From: Actinomycetes bacterium
GTDB taxonomy: Bacteria; Actinomycetota; Thermoleophilia; Gaiellales; Gaiellaceae
Length of the DNA: 55,873 bases
NCBI GenBank assembly: GCA_025964535.1
Contig: JAOPYX010000095.1
Span: 1 to 55,873, forward strand
Direction of reading: 5' to 3'
Within the stretch, counting starts at the first letter, position 1. Each line of letters begins with the position of its first letter. Positions 52,895 to 55,873 of this stretch are shown here, piece after piece. The translations under genes were made by a program, and so were the position numbers. The notes below the pieces were generated by a model. That model did not search any database. It saw nothing but the letters and a program-made list of their open reading frames with translations, and was not told where the DNA came from.

Positions 52895-53848
52895 TTACGT
52901 GTCGATGTGCCAGCGGAGGGCGAACGTCGCGGCACGGTTCTGGAACGTGTTGTCCGCCGTCGAGGCGAGCTGCACCCCGATCTTGAAGTACCGGCTCTTT
53001 CCGGCGTCCAGGCTGGTGGTGTTCACGCCGCCCGTCAGGACGTTGAGAGCGGTCAGGCTGTTCGGCACGTTATTGCCGGTCGACGGGGTGACGAGGGTGT
53101 GCAAGCCATCGAAGTCGCACGTCGTCGGATCGCTCACGTTGGGCGTGCCATAGACGCACTTCAAGTTCGTCGTGCCGGCTGCGTTCGTCTCCATGATGAC
53201 CACCTGGAGGTTCGGGCACAGGTTTGCCGTGGCGAAGGCGGGGCCGCTTGTCGTCGCGTGCACGGCCGAGCCGACGGGATACGCGAAGTTCGCGGTCTGA
53301 GATCCGCTCACGGTGACAGACGTCGAGTTCAGGGCCGCGGCTGCGCTCGCGGTGAACGTCTGGGTATTGGTTCCGTAGGTCACCGTGACGCTGCCGCCGT
53401 TGCTGATCGTGGCGCCAACGAGAGGAGTGAACGCGAGTGCCGTGACCGTCCCGCTGAGGGCCGTTGTCAGCGTCGCGTTGACGTTCGCATCTGCCGTCGC
53501 GCAGCCGCCCGGAGCCGACCACGTGATGTTCGTCGCGTTCAACGTTCCGGCATTCGTCAGCGTCAGCTGCGCATAGTGAGGCGCCGTGTCGCTGATCGGG
53601 TAGTTGAAGAGAACGTCGCAGTTGTTCGTCGTCGCGTTGTTCAGGTTCGTGGTCGCGGCAGCCTCCGACGTGCAGGTATTCGTCCCGCCGTTGTTGTGCA
53701 GCAGCAGGGTGCCGGTGGCGAAGTAGTTGCCGTTGTTCGTCGTCTCGGCGTTGAACGTTGCGAACGTGCCCGCGCTGCCGAGCCCGACGGCGATCAAGCC
53801 GATCGCACTGAGCATCACGAGATAGCGTTTGGTCTTGATTCTCGACAT
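52895..53848 (-). CDS. TasA/camelysin-like secreted protein with one inserted module (317 aa); first gene of the operon
   Basis: ATG 53848 with AAGGAG 10 nt upstream. Signal region LSAIGLIAVGLGSAGTFATFNAETTNNGNYFATGTLLL and C-terminal ADNTFQNRAATFALRWHIDT. Confidence 0.8.
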   Translation of the reverse strand: MSRIKTKRYLVMLSAIGLIAVGLGSAGTFATFNAETTNNGNYFATGTLLLHNNGGTNTCTSEAAATTNLNNATTNNCDVLFNYPISDTAPHYAQLTLTNAGTLNATNITWSAPGGCATADANVNATLTTALSGTVTALAFTPLVGATISNGGSVTVTYGTNTQTFTASAAAALNSTSVTVSGSQTANFAYPVGSAVHATTSGPAFATANLCPNLQVVIMETNAAGTTNLKCVYGTPNVSDPTTCDFDGLHTLVTPSTGNNVPNSLTALNVLTGGVNTTSLDAGKSRYFKIGVQLASTADNTFQNRAATFALRWHIDT

Positions 53849-54224
53849 GATCTTCTCGCTCCTTTTGGGCTTCGGCCCAAACAGACATTGTGTTGGCACA
53901 AGCGCGTCCTTCCAGAGCGCGCTTCAGCCCTCGGCGGCGGACGCTCTCGCGAGCGCGCCAACGGTTCTCTAGATCTCCCAGTGCCGTTCAGCCCGCCAAA
54001 GCCGCAGTGCCGCGGACGAGCTGTTTACGAGTCAGAAGTAACGTACTCAGTATTACTTGTAATCGCGGAGATCTAAATAGTCAATACGAGGGATCTTCTT
54101 GCTTTCTTAAGTGCCGGGAAACCCGCGTTCTTCCTGCAAATACTCTTTTGGCAACACGCGCCGCGATTTCGCTTCCGGCAACCCGGCTCACGCCCAGCGC
54201 CCGGGCGATTCGCTGCCGCCCCGC
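53849..54224 (-). promoter_or_regulatory. AT-rich promoter/long structured leader of the TasA-like operon
   Basis: 376-nt non-coding gap. By hand count 54021-54110 is about 38% G+C, against very GC-rich flanks. Minus-strand TTGACT at 54084-54079. Hairpins at 53864-53881 (abutting the RBS) and 53900-53924. Palindrome ATTACTTGTAAT at 54052-54063. Confidence 0.45.
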
Positions 54225-54596
54225 CTAGGAGAGCGGACAGCCACGGTCGCCGTGGGCGACGCTCACGGTCGGCCGCTCCGCCTCGAGCGCCTGGAAGCAC
54301 TGCTCGCACGACCCGAGCAGGAGCGCCGCGGCGTGGTCGATCATCCGATTGCGCTTCAGGTTGTCGATCGGCGCGGTCTGAACATCGCGCAGGAAGCGGT
54401 CGGTGGCGCGGTTGACCGCAGCGTTGCCCTTCAGCTTGTCAGGCGCCGGGAGCGCCGCCGCCCGCTTGATCGCCGCGAGATCGGTGTCGAGGCCGGCGAT
54501 CGCTTGCTGCTCCTTGGGGCTCTGGCAAGCCTGCTTCGCGCCGCCGCAGCCGGCGAGCACGACTGCGCAGACGACAGCGACCAAAGCGCGGCCCAC
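54225..54596 (-). CDS. small lipoprotein (123 aa)
   Basis: GTG 54596. Signal peptide with lipobox VVLAGC. The mature part is helical, with two further Cys pairs. Lies 36 nt downstream of nuoN. Confidence 0.6.
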   Translation of the reverse strand: MGRALVAVVCAVVLAGCGGAKQACQSPKEQQAIAGLDTDLAAIKRAAALPAPDKLKGNAAVNRATDRFLRDVQTAPIDNLKRNRMIDHAAALLLGSCEQCFQALEAERPTVSVAHGDRGCPLS

Positions 54597-54632
54597 TACA
54601 CCAGCGTATCGGTGACGATGGTGTTGCGCCCG

Positions 54633-55873
54633 TCAGAACGGAAGCGAGGAAGCGGCGTGCTTCGCGAGATCGATCAGCGGCTGCACCGCGAAGAGCGAGC
54701 CGACCGACACGACCAGCGCGACGCCGACGGCCGCGTGCAGCAGCATCTCCTTCGCCGGTGAGCCACCGACGGCGACAGGCGTCACCTGGAACTCTGCCGG
54801 CGGGCGCATGTACATCGCCCGCACGACGCCGAGGTAGTAGTAGAGGCTGACGAGCGTCGCCATGACGCCCACGATCACGAGCCACGTCCACCCGTGCTTG
54901 TACGCGGCGGCGAAGACGTAGAACTTGCCGATGAACCCGCCGCCGAGCGGCAGGCCGGCAAAGCCGAACATGAAGAACCACATCGAGATGCCGAGGAACG
55001 GACGCTCCCAGCCGAAGCCGGCGAGGTTGTCGAGCGTCACCGGCTCGCCCAGCTCCCGCTCGCGCGCGGCGAGCACCGCGAACGAGCCAAACGCCATCGC
55101 CGCGTAGGGCACGAGGTAGTACATGAGGGCGCGCGCGCCGAGTGCCGTCCCCACCGAGACGCCGATCAGCATGAAGCCGGCGTGTGAGATGGACGAATAC
55201 GCGAGCATGCGCTTGACGTCGCGCTGCACGAGCGCTGCGAGGTTGCCCACCGCGAGTGACGCGACGGCGATCCCGGCAATGGCCCACGTCCAGAGGTGCG
55301 CCTCCTGCGGGAACGCAGTCTGCAGCAGGCGCAGCCCCAGCACGAGTGCCGCGACCTTCGTCGCCGCCGACATGAACGCGGTCACCGGCGTTGGTGCGCC
55401 CTCGTAGACGTCCGGCGTCCACATGTGGAACGGCGCGGCCGATGCCTTGAAGCCGATGCCGGCGATGATCATCGCGAGCCCGAGCACGAGCAGTGCATCG
55501 CCGGAGAGGTTCTGCTGCCCCACCGCGTGGGCGATCTCCTCGAAGCCCAGGCGCCGGGTTGCTCCGTAGACGAGCGCCGAGCCGAAGAGCAGGCCGGCCG
55601 ATCCGAACGAGCCGACGATCAGATACTTCAGGCCGGCCTCGAGCGACCCTTCGCGGTCGTAGTCGATCGCGCACATCACGTAGAGCGCGATCGAGAACCA
55701 CTCGAGCGAGAGGAAGAGCGTCATCAAGTTCGCCGAGCCGACGAAGAAGGCCATTCCCGCGATGCACGCGAGCAGGAGCGTGAAGAACTCGGCAACGTGA
55801 TCGTCGCGCCGCTCGACCGGTGCACGTCGTCCCCACGCGGGTACGTGCTCCGCCGAGAGGAGCACCGTGCACA
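54633..55873 (-). CDS. nuoN: NADH-quinone oxidoreductase subunit N, N-terminus beyond window end
   Basis: Polytopic antiporter-like protein. FKASAAPFHMWTPDVYEGAPTPVTAF, LAYSSISHAGFM and the C-terminal region are typical of NuoN/ND2. The frame stays open to the window edge. Confidence 0.9.
   Translation of the reverse strand, partial: CTVLLSAEHVPAWGRRAPVERRDDHVAEFFTLLLACIAGMAFFVGSANLMTLFLSLEWFSIALYVMCAIDYDREGSLEAGLKYLIVGSFGSAGLLFGSALVYGATRRLGFEEIAHAVGQQNLSGDALLVLGLAMIIAGIGFKASAAPFHMWTPDVYEGAPTPVTAFMSAATKVAALVLGLRLLQTAFPQEAHLWTWAIAGIAVASLAVGNLAALVQRDVKRMLAYSSISHAGFMLIGVSVGTALGARALMYYLVPYAAMAFGSFAVLAARERELGEPVTLDNLAGFGWERPFLGISMWFFMFGFAGLPLGGGFIGKFYVFAAAYKHGWTWLVIVGVMATLVSLYYYLGVVRAMYMRPPAEFQVTPVAVGGSPAKEMLLHAAVGVALVVSVGSLFAVQPLIDLAKHAASSLPF

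Noticed and set aside
53849-54060. Possible c-di-GMP or other known riboswitch in the leader of the fibre operon
   Set aside because: Reading the minus-strand leader, I could not match it to the GEMM-I consensus or any other riboswitch core I know. Only generic hairpins are visible. It is kept as an unclassified structured leader.
41071-54224. Genomic island or mobile element interpretation of the surface locus
   Set aside because: There are no integrase, transposase, tRNA or flanking direct repeats. Codon and GC style of the genes match the rest of the window. Only the promoter region is AT-rich.
53890-54228. 112-aa plus-strand ORF inside the AT-rich intergenic region
   Set aside because: No RBS, odd composition (Arg/Ser/Pro-rich), no family resemblance, and it spans the probable promoter/leader of the TasA-like operon.

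Overview
High-GC bacterial chromosome segment that looks actinobacterial. Operons are compact, with many ATGA/GTGA/TTGA start-stop overlaps and frequent GTG/TTG starts. I saw no rRNA, tRNA, CRISPR array, transposase or integrase. The window falls into three blocks. (1) 1-7.7 kb holds mixed housekeeping genes: DUF72, a REC-only response regulator, a stand-alone LigD-type NHEJ polymerase domain, Mrp/ApbC, a HAD hydrolase, and a four-gene minus-strand operon (MBL hydrolase, small ORF, DUF1028, cupin). (2) 7.7-41.1 kb is a very large cytoplasmic glycan-catabolism island in two divergent arms. The minus arm runs MsiK-like ATPase, GH38, PfkB kinase, isopropylmalate/tartrate-dehydrogenase-like enzyme, GH13, TIM-barrel isomerase, xylulokinase. 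The roughly 23.5 kb plus arm runs tandem-MBL protein, GH-like TIM barrel, LacI, ABC sugar importer, ROK kinase, SIS, GH38, GH2, an unknown 572-aa protein, GH1, GH4, BadF-type kinase, NagB-like, class I aldolase, GH84-like, FAD oxidoreductase. (3) 41.1-53.8 kb is a minus-strand surface-structure locus and the most interesting part of the window. An archaeal/ER-type (SipW-like) signal peptidase sits among four paralogous secreted proteins with TasA-like SipW-cognate signal peptides; three of them also share a TasA-like C-terminal strand motif. Downstream are a sensor-like membrane protein, a Pro/Thr-rich protein with a TasA-like C-terminal domain, an Ig-like/MBG adhesin, an O-antigen-ligase-like/TPR membrane protein, and an ECF sigma factor with a putative anti-sigma partner. 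An unusually AT-rich, structured leader precedes the locus. The window ends with a small lipoprotein gene and the 3' part of nuoN. All family calls come from motif recognition by eye; no database search was possible.
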